From the NCBI GenBank assembly GCA_034669905.1, contig JAXMOL010000027.1:1-64000 (forward strand): DNA of 64,000 bases, in the 5' to 3' direction. Source of the stretch: Candidatus Hydrogenedentota bacterium. Its GTDB lineage: Bacteria > Hydrogenedentota > Hydrogenedentia > Hydrogenedentales > JAEUWI01. Positions 9,132 through 19,223 of the stretch are shown here, in pieces. Each line of letters opens with the position of its first letter. Position 1 is the first letter of the stretch. The notes beneath the pieces were generated by a model. That model was not told the origin of the DNA. It saw only the letters and a list, made by a program, of their open reading frames with translations, and did no database searches. The position numbers and the translations under genes are program-made.

Positions 9132-10538
9132 ATGGCCAGGAATATCTACGAAAAAATTTGGGACGCCCACGTGGTCGCCGAGCCGGAAGGTCAAGATACG
9201 ATCTTGTATATCGATCGCCACTATGTGCACGAAGTCACCTCGCCCCAGGCCTTCGAAGGCCTGCGCTTGAACGGGCGCAAGGTACGTCGTCCCGACTTGA
9301 CCTTTGCCACGATGGATCACAACATCCCCACGACGGACCGTTCCATCCCGATTCAGGACCCTCTTTCCAAGCAGCAGGTCGAAACCCTTAAGGCCAACTG
9401 CGCCGAAGTAGGTATCACCTGTTTCGACATGCACGATCGGCGGAATGGTATCGTCCACGTGACGGGGCCTGAGCAAGGGCTCACGACCCCCGGCATGACC
9501 ATCGTGTGCGGTGACTCCCATACTTCCACCCACGGTGCCTTCGGTGCCCTCGCCCACGGCATTGGTACGTCGGAAGTGGAGCACGTGTTGGCCACCCAGA
9601 CCTTGCTGCAGAAACGCTCCAAGACCATGGAAGTGCGGGTCAACGGCACCTTGCCGGTGGGCGTGACGGCGAAGGACATCACCCTCGCTATCATCGGAAA
9701 AATTGGTACCGCCGGTGGTACAGGCTATGTCATCGAATACACCGGCGAGGCCATTCGCTCCCTCAGCATGGAAGGCCGCATGACGGTCTGCAATATGAGC
9801 ATCGAAGGCGGTGCCCGTGCCGGCTTGATTTCGCCGGACCAGAAAACGGTGGACTACCTCAAGGGCCGTCCCTTCATCCCCACGGACCGGGATTGGGACG
9901 AATTGGCCGCCGAGTGGTTGGCCCTGGCCTCCGATGAAGGCTGCACCTACGACGTGTTGGTGGAGTTGGATGCCGCCGAGATCCAGCCCCAGGTAACGTG
10001 GGGTACTTCGCCTGGCATGGTGAAGGGTGTCAATGACAAAACGCCCGTGCTCTCTGAGTTGGAAGGTAACGAAAAACTCTCCACCGCGAGCGCGCTGAAA
10101 TATATGGATCTGGCCGAAGGATTGCCCCTCACCGAGATCAAGATTAACAAGATGTTCCTGGGCTCCTGCACCAACGGGCGTATCGAAGACTTGCGCGCGG
10201 CTGCCAGTGTGGCGAAAGGCTACAAGGTCAACCCGAGCCTGGATCAGGCCCTCGTGGTGCCCGGTTCTTATGAAGTGAAAAAGGCGGCCGAAGCCGAAGG
10301 GCTCGACCAGATCTTCAAGGACGCGGGCTTTGAATGGCGTGAGCCCGGCTGTTCCATGTGTCTCGCCATGAACGACGACATCCTGCAGCCTGGCGACCGG
10401 TGTGCTTCCACCTCCAACCGGAATTTCGAAGGACGTCAGGGTAAAGGCAGCCGCACCCACCTGGTGAGTCCCGCCATGGCCGTGGCCGCCGCGATTGAAG
10501 GCCACTTCGTCGACATTCGCGAGTGGAAATTTAACTAA
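9132..10538 (+). CDS. leuC: 3-isopropylmalate dehydratase large subunit
   Basis: [56 protein letters not shown]. Confidence 0.98.
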   Translation: MARNIYEKIWDAHVVAEPEGQDTILYIDRHYVHEVTSPQAFEGLRLNGRKVRRPDLTFATMDHNIPTTDRSIPIQDPLSKQQVETLKANCAEVGITCFDMHDRRNGIVHVTGPEQGLTTPGMTIVCGDSHTSTHGAFGALAHGIGTSEVEHVLATQTLLQKRSKTMEVRVNGTLPVGVTAKDITLAIIGKIGTAGGTGYVIEYTGEAIRSLSMEGRMTVCNMSIEGGARAGLISPDQKTVDYLKGRPFIPTDRDWDELAAEWLALASDEGCTYDVLVELDAAEIQPQVTWGTSPGMVKGVNDKTPVLSELEGNEKLSTASALKYMDLAEGLPLTEIKINKMFLGSCTNGRIEDLRAAASVAKGYKVNPSLDQALVVPGSYEVKKAAEAEGLDQIFKDAGFEWREPGCSMCLAMNDDILQPGDRCASTSNRNFEGRQGKGSRTHLVSPAMAVAAAIEGHFVDIREWKFN

Positions 10539-10584
10539 CCAAGGCGGCTCGGCGTGATCGCGAGAGTTGCGCTCAGGTCGTCCA

Positions 10585-10797
10585 TATGGGACGGGCCTAC
10601 AGCCCTCGCGGGCAGAGGCGATACCAGTACATGGGGCGTTGCCCCATGCTGGTATGGAAACGGACCGTTGGTCCTGATTCAACGTACAGCGGTCATGAGT
10701 ATTGAACTCAGCGCCAACGGCGCGACCCATATCAGCCTGGGGCGAAGCCCCAGGTGAAGTAGCCAGAGAGAACACAAGGGCTGAAAGTCCGGCCCAA
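10585..10797. repeat. REPIN-like doublet between leuC and leuD (same family as 4097-4316)
   Basis: GGGCCTACAGCCC, CATGGGGCGTTGCCCCATG, GGACCGTTGGTCC / GCGCCAACGGCGC, CCTGGGGCGAAGCCCCAGG, GGGCTGAAAGTCC. Confidence 0.8.
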
Positions 10798-10839
10798 AGA
10801 TACTAAACCACGGCTTGACCGGCCGGAGGAGATAACACT

Positions 10840-11436
10840 ATGAACAAATTTACGACCCTGAAGGGAATCGTGGCCCCCTTGGAAGCGTTAAACGTGGACA
10901 CGGACCAGATTATCCCCAAGCAATTCCTGAAGCGTATCGAGCGCAGCGGCTATGAAGACATGCTCTTCTATGACTGGCGCTACGAGGGAGACGGCAAGAC
11001 GCCCAACCCCGATTTCGAAATGAACGCTCCGCGCTATCAGGGCGCCTCCATCCTTTTGACCAAGGATAACTTCGGTTGCGGCTCTTCCCGCGAGCACGCC
11101 CCGTGGGCGCTCGATAATTACGGGTTCCGGTGTATCATCGCCCCGTCCTTCGCCGATATCTTCTACAACAACTGCTTCAACAACGGCATGTTGCCCATCG
11201 TAGTCGATACGGATGTCGTCGATGGCCTTTTCCCAGAGGTCCGCGCGACGGAAGGCTATAGCCTCGAAATCGATTTGCCCAATCAGAAGATCATCAAGCC
11301 CGACGGCAGCACCATCGCCTTCGAGTTGAACCCCTTCCTGAAGGAGCGCTTGCTCAACGGCTGGGACCAGATTGGACTGACCCTCTTGCACGACGATGCC
11401 ATCACCGCCTACGAGAAAAAGCGCGGCATCGCGTAG
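10840..11436 (+). CDS. leuD: 3-isopropylmalate dehydratase small subunit
   Basis: [39 protein letters not shown]. Confidence 0.98.
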   Translation: MNKFTTLKGIVAPLEALNVDTDQIIPKQFLKRIERSGYEDMLFYDWRYEGDGKTPNPDFEMNAPRYQGASILLTKDNFGCGSSREHAPWALDNYGFRCIIAPSFADIFYNNCFNNGMLPIVVDTDVVDGLFPEVRATEGYSLEIDLPNQKIIKPDGSTIAFELNPFLKERLLNGWDQIGLTLLHDDAITAYEKKRGIA

Positions 11437-11457
11437 TACTTTTTAGACGAACAATTC

Positions 11458-11490
11458 AACGGCCCCAACCCACCCGGTTGGGGCCGTTTC
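11458..11490 (+). terminator. Terminator after leuD
   Basis: AACGGCCCCAACC-CACCC-GGTTGGGGCCGTT followed by TC. Confidence 0.7.
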
Positions 11491-11491
11491 T

Positions 11492-11761
11492 ACAGGAGGT
11501 TGGACACACCTGTCCGACACAGGACGCACGTTGCTCAAGCAGCTGAACGCACATCTCTTCAAGGTGCCTCCACGTCGCAGAAGAACAGTTATTCGCTCGT
11601 TGCTACGGTCCCCCGTAGCAATGCATACCATTCCGCTCCTGCGGAATCGCGCTTCATCAGGACAAGCATGCCCCGACACAAAGTGCTCTAGGGTTGTTTA
11701 ACAGGAGGTCAGGCTTTCCAGTCTGACACAAAGCCCACGTCGCTCAAGCATCCGAATGCAC
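11492..11761. repeat. Two diverged ~61-bp direct repeats (11492-11552, 11701-11761), each with a REP-like hairpin
   Basis: ACAGGAGGTTGGACACACCTGTCCGACAC...GCTCAAGCA versus ACAGGAGGTCAGGCTTTCCAGTCTGACAC...GCTCAAGCA. Confidence 0.7.
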
Positions 11762-11793
11762 GCCCGACGATCCGGTCCCGTGATAGCTCCCTC

Positions 11794-11870
11794 TTTTTTC
11801 CGTGTAATTCGGTGCTTTCCGTGGTCATTCAACATAGACCTGCCACCGAAAACACGGAATTACACGGAGA
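11794..11870. repeat. Inverted-repeat element with 9-10-bp periodic CCGTG/CACGG units
   Basis: TTCCGTGTAATTCGGTGCTTTCCGTGG ... CCACCGAAAACACGGAATTACACGGA; the same motif recurs at 21680-21706, 22891-22917 and 31650-31727. Confidence 0.75.
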
Positions 11871-11911
11871 GACAAATAGCACGCGCAACACTTTCTCTCG
11901 TCAACTTCTCC

Positions 11912-11950
11912 AAAATAAAGGGGCCCCGGAGCGATGTGCTCCGGGGCCTT
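11912..11950 (-). terminator. Terminator for the alkene reductase gene
   Basis: GGCCCCGGAGC...GCTCCGGGGCC stem with an adjacent A-tract. Confidence 0.7.
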
Positions 11951-11971
11951 CTATATGGAAAGCGGCGTTTT

Positions 11972-13075
11972 TCAGGCCGCGCTGTAGGTGGGGTAATCCG
12001 TGTAGGCCTCCGGGCCGGGGCTGCTCCAGGTCGTGGGGTCGGCCTCGTCGGCCAGGGGCCAGCCGTGGGCGATGCGCTCCACATAATCCGGGTTGGTAAT
12101 CAACGGGCGGCCGATGGCGATGAGATCGGCGTGGCCCTGTTGGATGGCTTCGTTGGCCTGCTCCGCCGTGTAGCCACAGTTCCCCATGAGGGTCCCATGA
12201 AAGACGGCACGGAACTCTTCCAGTGTCATGGGATCGCCAAGGTCATGGAAACCAAAGGCCAGGCCGTCCATGACGTGCAGGTAAGCGAGGCCATACTGGT
12301 CCAGCTGCTCCGCCACGTAGAGAAAGGTTTCACGAAAATCGGGTGAGCCCATGTCGTTGAAGACACCATTGGGGGAGAGACGTACCCCCACATGATTGGA
12401 AGGGAACACGGTGGTCACCGCTTCGACCACTTCCTTCAACAGGCGGTAGCGGTTTTCCAGGCTGCCGCCATAGGCGTCTGTGCGGTGGTTCGTTTTGGAC
12501 TGCAAGAACTCATCCAGCAGATAGCCGTTGGCCCCGTGAACCTCCACGCCATCAAAGCCGGCGGCCTTGGCCCGCTCGGCGGCGCGGCGGTAGTCTTCCA
12601 CAATGCCGGGAAGTTCGTCCGTTTCGAGGGCGCGGGGTGTTTCGTGGGGTTCTTTCCCGTTGACCGTGTGGACGCCGTCCCCTTCGATGGCAATCGCCGA
12701 AGGGGCTACCGGCAAGGCACCGCCGTGAAAGCTGCTGTGAGAGGCGCGGCCCGTGTGCCAGAGCTGAAGGTAGATAGTGCTGCCCTCGGCATGAACGGCA
12801 TCCACAATGGGCTTCCAGGCTTCCTGCTGGGCATCGGTGTAGATGCCGGGAGAGTCCACCCAGCCGTTGGCCTGCTCCGAAATGGTGGTGGCTTCCGTAA
12901 TGATGAGCCCGACGCCACTGCGTTGCCGGTAGTATTCGGCCATCAGCGCGTTGGGGATGCGGTCTGGTCCGGAACGTGCCCGGGTCATGGGGGCCATGAC
13001 GACCCGATTGCGCAGATTCAGGCTGCTGGTGGCGTAGGGGGACAAAAAGTGGTCAAAACCTTGGGTGTTGCTCAT
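11972..13075 (-). CDS. Alkene reductase / old yellow enzyme (NemA-like NADH:flavin oxidoreductase)
   Basis: NRVVMAPMTRARS, QLWHTGRASH, GFDGVEVHGANGYLLDEF, GRPLITNPD. Confidence 0.93.
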   Translation of the reverse strand: MSNTQGFDHFLSPYATSSLNLRNRVVMAPMTRARSGPDRIPNALMAEYYRQRSGVGLIITEATTISEQANGWVDSPGIYTDAQQEAWKPIVDAVHAEGSTIYLQLWHTGRASHSSFHGGALPVAPSAIAIEGDGVHTVNGKEPHETPRALETDELPGIVEDYRRAAERAKAAGFDGVEVHGANGYLLDEFLQSKTNHRTDAYGGSLENRYRLLKEVVEAVTTVFPSNHVGVRLSPNGVFNDMGSPDFRETFLYVAEQLDQYGLAYLHVMDGLAFGFHDLGDPMTLEEFRAVFHGTLMGNCGYTAEQANEAIQQGHADLIAIGRPLITNPDYVERIAHGWPLADEADPTTWSSPGPEAYTDYPTYSAA

Positions 13076-13232
13076 AGGTGTCTCCTCTCGGTGTGATGGT
13101 CCGGTCCCTGTCGGCCCGGGGGCGCACATCGCCTACCCACCACATCGTTTGCTTTACAGGAAGATATTCGTTAGCAACAAGTTTTGAGGTCACCCGCCTC
13201 GAAGTTTATTCTCGGGTAGGTGTGCCGGACGA

Positions 13233-13313
13233 TTCCCCACTTGGGAGAGGCTTGGGGTGGGTTCACAATAATCTCGTGGCCTAACCCACCCCCGGCCCCT
13301 CCGAGGAGGGGAG
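13233..13313. repeat. G/C-skewed inverted-repeat element
   Basis: TTCCCCACTTGGGAGAGGCTTGGGGTGGGTT ... AACCCACCCCCGGCCCCTCCGAGGAGGGGAG. Confidence 0.65.
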
Positions 13314-13463
13314 TTTTAGGAGTGATTTGGTCAGTTCGTACGGCAGATTTCCGGTCCACCGGGTCAAAATAGAGCACTTGTACTTCCGGGTAGGGGGCAC
13401 GAAGTTCCTTGTTTTCGGTATACTACCGGCCCCAATGTTCCAACTAGCAGGATAATACGCCTC

Positions 13464-14972
13464 ATGCCCCCAGGAAATGTGTACCTCGTTGGCGCAGGTC
13501 CCGGTGACCCGGGCCTGCTCACGCTGCGAGGCCGTCAGTGTCTTCAAACCGCCCAGGCTGTCGTCTATGACGCCCTGGTGAATCCCCGCCTACTGGACCA
13601 CGCGCCCCAGGCCGAGCTGATTTACGTCGGGAAAAAGGCGGATCGCCATAGCCTGCCCCAGGAAGAGATTCAGCGCATTCTCATTGCCCAGGCCCGTCAG
13701 GGGAAAAACGTGGTCCGTCTCAAGGGGGGAGACCCCTTTGTGTTTGGCCGGGGTGGGGAGGAGGCGTTGGCCCTGGCTGCCGCCGGGATTCATTTTGAGA
13801 TTGTGCCGGGGGTGACTGCCGGCATTGCGGCGGCCGCCTATGGGGGTATCCCCGTAACCCACCGGGGACTCGCCACGAGTGTGACCTTCGTGACCGGCCA
13901 CCTTTCCGGCGAAGAAAAAACGCTTGCCCTGGATTTCGCCCGTTTTGACCCGTCGGGTACCCTCGTGTGCTATATGGGGGTTGGGGCCCTGGCCCAACTC
14001 CGGGACGGCCTTCGTGCCAACGGGTGGGCGGGGATTACGCCGGCCGCGGTGGTCGAGTGGGGGACCTATGCCCGGCAGCGCACCGTAACCGCGTCGCTGG
14101 ACGCACTGGTGGAGGTGGCAGGGGAAGCGGAAATTAAATCGCCTGCGATCATCATCATCGGCGCCGTGGCGGGCTTGCGCGAAGAACTCGCGTGGTTTGA
14201 ATCCCGCCCCCTTTTTGGCCTGCGGATTGCCATCACCCACGCCCAACAAGGCAACGACACGCTGGAGCAACGGCTCCGCACCCTGGGGGCCGATGTGTAC
14301 GCCTGCCCCACCGTGGAAATCCAGCCGGCCGCCCGTCCCGAAGGCATTGAAAACCTGGAGGACTTCCAGTGGATCGTGCTGACCAGTGCCAACGCCGCCC
14401 GCACGGTCTTCGCTGCCCTCGATGACGGGGGGCATGATGCGCGTTTGTTGGGGAACACCCATATCTGCGCCGTGGGGGCTTCGACCCTCGCCGCCCTGGA
14501 GCAACGCTTTATTCGCCCCGATGTGGTCCCGGAAAACTACACGAGCGAAGCCATCGTCCGGGCCATGAACGAGACGGAATCACTCGCGGATGCCGCGGTG
14601 CTCATTCCCCGCGCCGATGTGGCCCGGGCTTCCCTGGCGGAGGCGCTGGGGGCGGCGGGTGCCCGGGTGACCGAGTCGGTCGCCTATCACATGGAGGTGC
14701 CCGTAGATGCCGAAGGGGCTACTGGGGGGCTGCTGGATTTCGCGCCCGAGCTGTTGGTCTTTACCAATGCGGCCGCCATTCGAAACCTTTCCGCCTTACT
14801 GGGCGAAGCATCGCAGGCGCAACTGGCGCAGAGTACCCCCGTGGCATCCATCGGGCCCGTGACCACTCGGGTTGCCAGGGATGGAGGATTTCAGGTCGTG
14901 GTCGAGCCAACCCTCCACGACGTAGCCCACCTCGTGGAAGCCATTTGCGCCTGGGCCGGCGAGCGCGCTTAG
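13464..14972 (+). CDS. cobA: Bifunctional uroporphyrinogen-III C-methyltransferase / uroporphyrinogen-III synthase (CobA-HemD)
   Basis: VYLVGAGPGDPGLLT, VVRLKGGDPFVFGRGGEE, GIPVTHR; C-terminal HemD-like WIVLTSAN, AVG, SIGPVT. Confidence 0.95.
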   Translation: MPPGNVYLVGAGPGDPGLLTLRGRQCLQTAQAVVYDALVNPRLLDHAPQAELIYVGKKADRHSLPQEEIQRILIAQARQGKNVVRLKGGDPFVFGRGGEEALALAAAGIHFEIVPGVTAGIAAAAYGGIPVTHRGLATSVTFVTGHLSGEEKTLALDFARFDPSGTLVCYMGVGALAQLRDGLRANGWAGITPAAVVEWGTYARQRTVTASLDALVEVAGEAEIKSPAIIIIGAVAGLREELAWFESRPLFGLRIAITHAQQGNDTLEQRLRTLGADVYACPTVEIQPAARPEGIENLEDFQWIVLTSANAARTVFAALDDGGHDARLLGNTHICAVGASTLAALEQRFIRPDVVPENYTSEAIVRAMNETESLADAAVLIPRADVARASLAEALGAAGARVTESVAYHMEVPVDAEGATGGLLDFAPELLVFTNAAAIRNLSALLGEASQAQLAQSTPVASIGPVTTRVARDGGFQVVVEPTLHDVAHLVEAICAWAGERA

Positions 14973-14973
14973 C

Positions 14974-15678
14974 TCAGTCGGTGGCGAAGCGATAGCCCAC
15001 GCCTCGGATGGTCTTGATGTAAATCGGGTTGGCGGGGTCCGCTTCAATTTTCTTGCGGATGTGTCCGATGTGTACATCCACCACCTTGGGCACGCCGTAG
15101 TAGGTGTGTTTCCAGGCAAGCTCGATAAGCTGCTCCCGGGAGAAGACCCGATTGGGCCGGCTGGCAAGGGTCCAGAGTAATTCAAACTCGATAGCGGTCA
15201 GCACGACCTCCGCCTCCCCGCGCCAGATCTGACGGGACTCGGGATCGATACGAAGGTCGCCAAAGCGCTTCTCCACGTCGGAAGGGCGGGTCCGGGCCAT
15301 GCGGCGCAGAATCACCTGGACCCGGGCGAGGAACTCCTGTACGTCAAAGGGTTTTGTCATGTAGTCATCGGCACCCATGGTCAGGGCCATGACTTTCACG
15401 GCACCTACCGCCGTGGCACTCAACATGAAGACCGGCGTTTCATAGTCTCTCCGGATACGGCGCAAGACGTCGATGCCATCGCAGGGTGTTCCGTCCCGGT
15501 CCGGGGCCAACGAGATATCCAATATCACGAGTGCGGGCGCCGAGTCGGCGACCAGGCGCAGGGCGTCTGCACCGGTCTCTACGACGGTTACGGTATAGCC
15601 TTCGCGAATCAGTTGCTTCTTGAGGTGCTGGCACAAAGGGCGGTCGTCGTCGACGAGTAGGAGGTGTTCACCGGCCAT
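14974..15678 (-). CDS. OmpR-family response regulator
   Basis: Receiver LLVDDD, LVILD, GADDYMTKPF; winged helix LTAIEFELL, VDVHIGHIRKKIE, TIRGVGY. Confidence 0.95.
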   Translation of the reverse strand: MAGEHLLLVDDDRPLCQHLKKQLIREGYTVTVVETGADALRLVADSAPALVILDISLAPDRDGTPCDGIDVLRRIRRDYETPVFMLSATAVGAVKVMALTMGADDYMTKPFDVQEFLARVQVILRRMARTRPSDVEKRFGDLRIDPESRQIWRGEAEVVLTAIEFELLWTLASRPNRVFSREQLIELAWKHTYYGVPKVVDVHIGHIRKKIEADPANPIYIKTIRGVGYRFATD

Positions 15679-16777
15679 CGGTGGGAACTCCCGTCAGCGT
15701 AAAATGGAACCGGGCCCCGGTGCCCGGAAAACCTTCTGCCCAGACCGAGCCCCCGTGTCGGCCCACGATGCGTTTCACCACGGCAAGTCCCACCCCCGAG
15801 CCCTCAAATTCATCGGGTTGATGGTAGCGCTGGAAGACCGTAAAGATGCGTTCAGACTCGGCGGGGTCAAAGCCCACGCCATTGTCGGAGACGGTGTAAA
15901 TGGAGATGCCTCCCGCGACGCGCTGGGATACTTCGATGGTGGCCGCCGAATTGGGACGGGTGAATTTCAAGGCATTCCCGATGAGATTGACGAAGACCTG
16001 CTGCACGAGGGACGGGTCTCCCAGGGCCGTGCCCAAATCATCCCATTGAAAATCGACCTTCCGCCCCTCGGTTTCGGGCTGGAACTGGGAGACGACCTTT
16101 TGCACCAGGCCCGTCATGTCGATGACCTCCTGCCGCAGGGGTTGTCCCGTGACCTGAGAAAAGGCGAGCAGGTCGTCCACCAGCCGGGCGGTCTGGCGGG
16201 ATGCCTCCCCGATTTGCTCTGCATATTGAAGGGCATCGGAAGACAACTCGGCCCCATGCTTTTCCATCAGGAGGTAGGCAAAGTGCTCGATGAAACGCAA
16301 GGGTGCGCGGAGGTCGTGGGCCACGGAGTAGGAAAACCCGACCAATTCTTCGGTCAGGCGCGCGAGGGCCTGGGTGTCGAGGGGAGGCGACCCGCCCTCG
16401 GCGTCTTCGTGGTCGATTTCGGTGATGTGCACCAGATGATGTGGCCCCTCCGTCCGTTGGGCCAGGCGCTGGATAGAAAGGGAAAAGGTCCGTTGTGGGT
16501 CGGCGCGGTTTGCCAGGTGAAAGGGGGCCACCGCCGCCGTGGGCTCTTTCAATGCGTGCTCCAATGCCGTAATGAGGCCCGGCACCCCGACGAGGGACTG
16601 GATGGGCGCCCCCACGAGGGCTTCTGCCGACAGGTCTACCAGCCGAAAGAACGGGCGATTCCCGTCTACCACGCAGGCGTTCTCGTCCAGAACGCACAAC
16701 GCCACGGGCAGGGCGTCGAGACTGGCCCGGGCCAGGTCGCTATCGCGCCAGCCCGAAAGGGAAGATTCAGGGTGCAT
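15668..16777 (-). CDS. Cytoplasmic PAS-domain sensor histidine kinase
   Basis: H-box FSYSVAHDLRAPLR, N-box NLIGNALKF, DNGVGF, GSGVGLA; N-terminal PAS-like region; start site uncertain. Confidence 0.9.
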   Translation of the reverse strand: MHPESSLSGWRDSDLARASLDALPVALCVLDENACVVDGNRPFFRLVDLSAEALVGAPIQSLVGVPGLITALEHALKEPTAAVAPFHLANRADPQRTFSLSIQRLAQRTEGPHHLVHITEIDHEDAEGGSPPLDTQALARLTEELVGFSYSVAHDLRAPLRFIEHFAYLLMEKHGAELSSDALQYAEQIGEASRQTARLVDDLLAFSQVTGQPLRQEVIDMTGLVQKVVSQFQPETEGRKVDFQWDDLGTALGDPSLVQQVFVNLIGNALKFTRPNSAATIEVSQRVAGGISIYTVSDNGVGFDPAESERIFTVFQRYHQPDEFEGSGVGLAVVKRIVGRHGGSVWAEGFPGTGARFHFTLTGVPTDGR

Positions 16778-16922
16778 AGCGGCGATTGTATCACCCGCCC
16801 TTGCGCCAGGCAATGAAGTGCTTCTTCCCGCAATCTTTACCAAAAGTTTACCGAAACCAACCCGGAACTTAACGTATGGGCGGTATGTTAACTTCAGTTT
16901 TCTGTATACAAGGAGAAACAGA

Positions 16923-17120
16923 ATGGCACAAAATGAACGCCGCTCCGTGGTTGGGGCGCGTGACCTAAACGAAGTGTTGAAGCACGAGCGGGAAGGTTTT
17001 GAGGACTCGGACGAGGACTTTAGCTCCCACAAACGTCGCCGCCCCTGGAAGGACGACTGTCGCCGCCAGGATCGTGAATCGAAGAAACAACGCCAACGGA
17101 ATACCGAATGGGAAGATTAG
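16923..17120 (+). CDS. Small highly charged hypothetical protein (65 aa)
   Basis: Strong RBS AGGAGA before ATG 16923; fills the intergenic gap; rich in D/E/K/R. Confidence 0.6.
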   Translation: MAQNERRSVVGARDLNEVLKHEREGFEDSDEDFSSHKRRRPWKDDCRRQDRESKKQRQRNTEWED

Positions 17121-17199
17121 TGGGCGGTGTAAACACCGCGTGGGTGGGGTCCGTTCAGTTGGCCCCCCAACAGAATACAATCGTCATGGGTGTCTGCTG

Positions 17200-19143
17200 A
17201 TGGGCACATCCATACCGGGGGGCCGAGACGCCAAGACCTTGGGGCCCGTACATGATCTGGAGCGTCACCTTCCATCCGAGTGGTGGCGGACCCTGTTTAA
17301 TGCGGTTTATCTGAAGACCGACGGCGATGTCGTCGAAAATTCGGCCAGCACCGAGAGCGACGTTTCGTTTCTTATCGAAAGTGCCGGGCTTCAGCCCGAC
17401 GAATCCATCCTGGACCTTTGTTGCGGACAAGGGCGACATACCCTCGAACTGGCCCGTCGCGGTTTCCATCATGTAACCGGGGTGGACCGCTCCCGTTATC
17501 TGGTCCGTCTCGCGCGCAAGCGGAACAAGGAACAGGGGCTTTCTGCGACTTTCCGCGAAGGGGATGCCCGCAAGCTGCGCCTGACCCCGGAGTCCTTTCA
17601 CTGTGTGGCCGTCATGGGGAATTCCTTTGGTTATTTCGAACGGGCGGAAGACGACCTCGCGGTCTTATCTTCTATCTGGCGCGTCCTGAAACCTGGCGGG
17701 CGCATCGTGCTTGATGTGGTCGACGGGGATTGGATGCAGCACCATTTTGAGCCCCGTTCGTGGGAATGGATCGACGAGAATCACTTTGTCTGTCGGGAAC
17801 GGGCCCTGGCCAATGACCGGCATCGGCTCATCTCCCGCGAAATCGTGACCCATGCCGAGCGGGGCGTGATTGCCGATCAGTTCTACGCCGAGCGGCTCTA
17901 TTCCTATGGGCAACTGGAAACCCTCCTGCGCAAGGCCGGATTTTCGACGATTCGTCAGGGCGCGGACCCCGTTACCCACTCTGATCGCGACCAGGATCTG
18001 GGCATGCTCTCCCGACGTATTTGCGTCGTGGCTTCCAAGCCGGCCAACGTGGCCAGACGCCCCCGCCGTGGACCCCTCTTCCCCGAGGTGCTTGTCTTAA
18101 TGGGCGATCCGTCGCTTCCCGACGACGTCAAGCGGGAGGGCGTGTTCGCGGCCGAAGATCTTGAGACCATTCGTAAGATGCAGGCGGCCTTGGCAAATCT
18201 GAAGGAATATCGCTTTTCCTATTGGGACAACCACGCGAACCTGCTGCACTTCCTGGACCGGAACAAACCGGATTTCGTCCTCAATCTCTGTGATGAAGGC
18301 TATATGAACGACCCGTTCAAAGAGCTGCACATCACGGCGGCGTTGGAGATGTTTGGTGTGCCCTACAGCGGCGCAGGTCCCCGGGCCTTAAGCCTGTGCT
18401 ATGACAAGGCCCTTGTCCGCTCGGTGGCCCAATCGCTGGATATCCCGGTGCCCCTGGAATCTTTCTTTGGTGCCGATGACCAGATGGCCACCTTGCCGTC
18501 GGTCTTTCCCGCGCTGGTGAAACCCAATCTGGGGGACAGCAGCCAGGGGATTACCCAGAATGCCGTGGTACACAACAAAGAAGACTTCGTCGCATACTGG
18601 GAATGGCTCCGGGCCGCCTTTCCGGACCGCCCTCTCCTCGTGCAGGAATTCCTGAATGGTGCGGAATACAGCGTGGGCGTTATCGGAAACGTGGGTACGG
18701 ACTTTGTCGTGTTGCCCATCCTGGAAGTAGACTACTCGGGGCTCGACCCCGCGCTACCGCAGATTCTGGGCTACGAATCCAAGTGGGACCCCGAGTCGCC
18801 CTATTGGACGGATATCCGTTGTAAGAAAGCCGTGCTGGACGAAAGCACCCGGCGTCAGATGTCCGACCATGCCCTGCTGCTCTTCGAGCGTCTGGGATGT
18901 CGGGACTATGCCCGTTTCGACTTTCGGACCGACAGCGAAGGTACCATCAAGCTCCTGGAAGCCAACCCCAATCCGGGTTGGTGCTGGGATGGCAAGCTCA
19001 ACATCATGGCCGAGTTGGCGGGCTATACCTACGCGGAAATGCTCTGCCTCATACTGGAAGCGGCGCAACTCCGCTATGGTGCGGCACCCGCTCTGGAAGG
19101 CGTTACCGCTCCCCCGGCGCCCACGCTTGTTGGAGTATCCTGA
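17200..19143 (+). CDS. Class I SAM methyltransferase fused to a D-Ala-D-Ala ligase-like ATP-grasp domain
   Basis: ILDLCCGQGRH, GVDRS, GDAR; then FVLNLCDEG, GVPYSGA, DKAL, VKPN, QEFLNGAEYSV, YARFDFR, LEANPNPG. Confidence 0.88.
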   Translation: MGTSIPGGRDAKTLGPVHDLERHLPSEWWRTLFNAVYLKTDGDVVENSASTESDVSFLIESAGLQPDESILDLCCGQGRHTLELARRGFHHVTGVDRSRYLVRLARKRNKEQGLSATFREGDARKLRLTPESFHCVAVMGNSFGYFERAEDDLAVLSSIWRVLKPGGRIVLDVVDGDWMQHHFEPRSWEWIDENHFVCRERALANDRHRLISREIVTHAERGVIADQFYAERLYSYGQLETLLRKAGFSTIRQGADPVTHSDRDQDLGMLSRRICVVASKPANVARRPRRGPLFPEVLVLMGDPSLPDDVKREGVFAAEDLETIRKMQAALANLKEYRFSYWDNHANLLHFLDRNKPDFVLNLCDEGYMNDPFKELHITAALEMFGVPYSGAGPRALSLCYDKALVRSVAQSLDIPVPLESFFGADDQMATLPSVFPALVKPNLGDSSQGITQNAVVHNKEDFVAYWEWLRAAFPDRPLLVQEFLNGAEYSVGVIGNVGTDFVVLPILEVDYSGLDPALPQILGYESKWDPESPYWTDIRCKKAVLDESTRRQMSDHALLLFERLGCRDYARFDFRTDSEGTIKLLEANPNPGWCWDGKLNIMAELAGYTYAEMLCLILEAAQLRYGAAPALEGVTAPPAPTLVGVS

Positions 19144-19159
19144 ACAAGCCCTGTTCCCC

Positions 19160-19203
19160 GAATCCCCGTCCCATGCCGTAAGGCGTCGGGCGGGGATTCT
19201 TTT
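19160..19203 (+). terminator. Terminator between convergent genes
   Basis: GAATCCCCGTCCCATGCC-GTAA-GGCGTCGGGCGGGGATTC-TTTT. Confidence 0.7.
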
Positions 19204-19223
19204 ATCGGGGGTAACCGGGGAAA

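Noticed and set aside
8892..10775. 627-aa minus-strand ORF and similar long antisense ORFs (412-1587, 24124-25659, 34825-36462, 51605-53059, 58443-59819)
   Set aside because: Each mirrors a well-supported gene on the opposite strand
17200..19143. Annotation as housekeeping ddl
   Set aside because: It lacks the usual N-terminal GGxSxEHxVS motif, is fused to a methyltransferase and lies outside any cell-wall cluster
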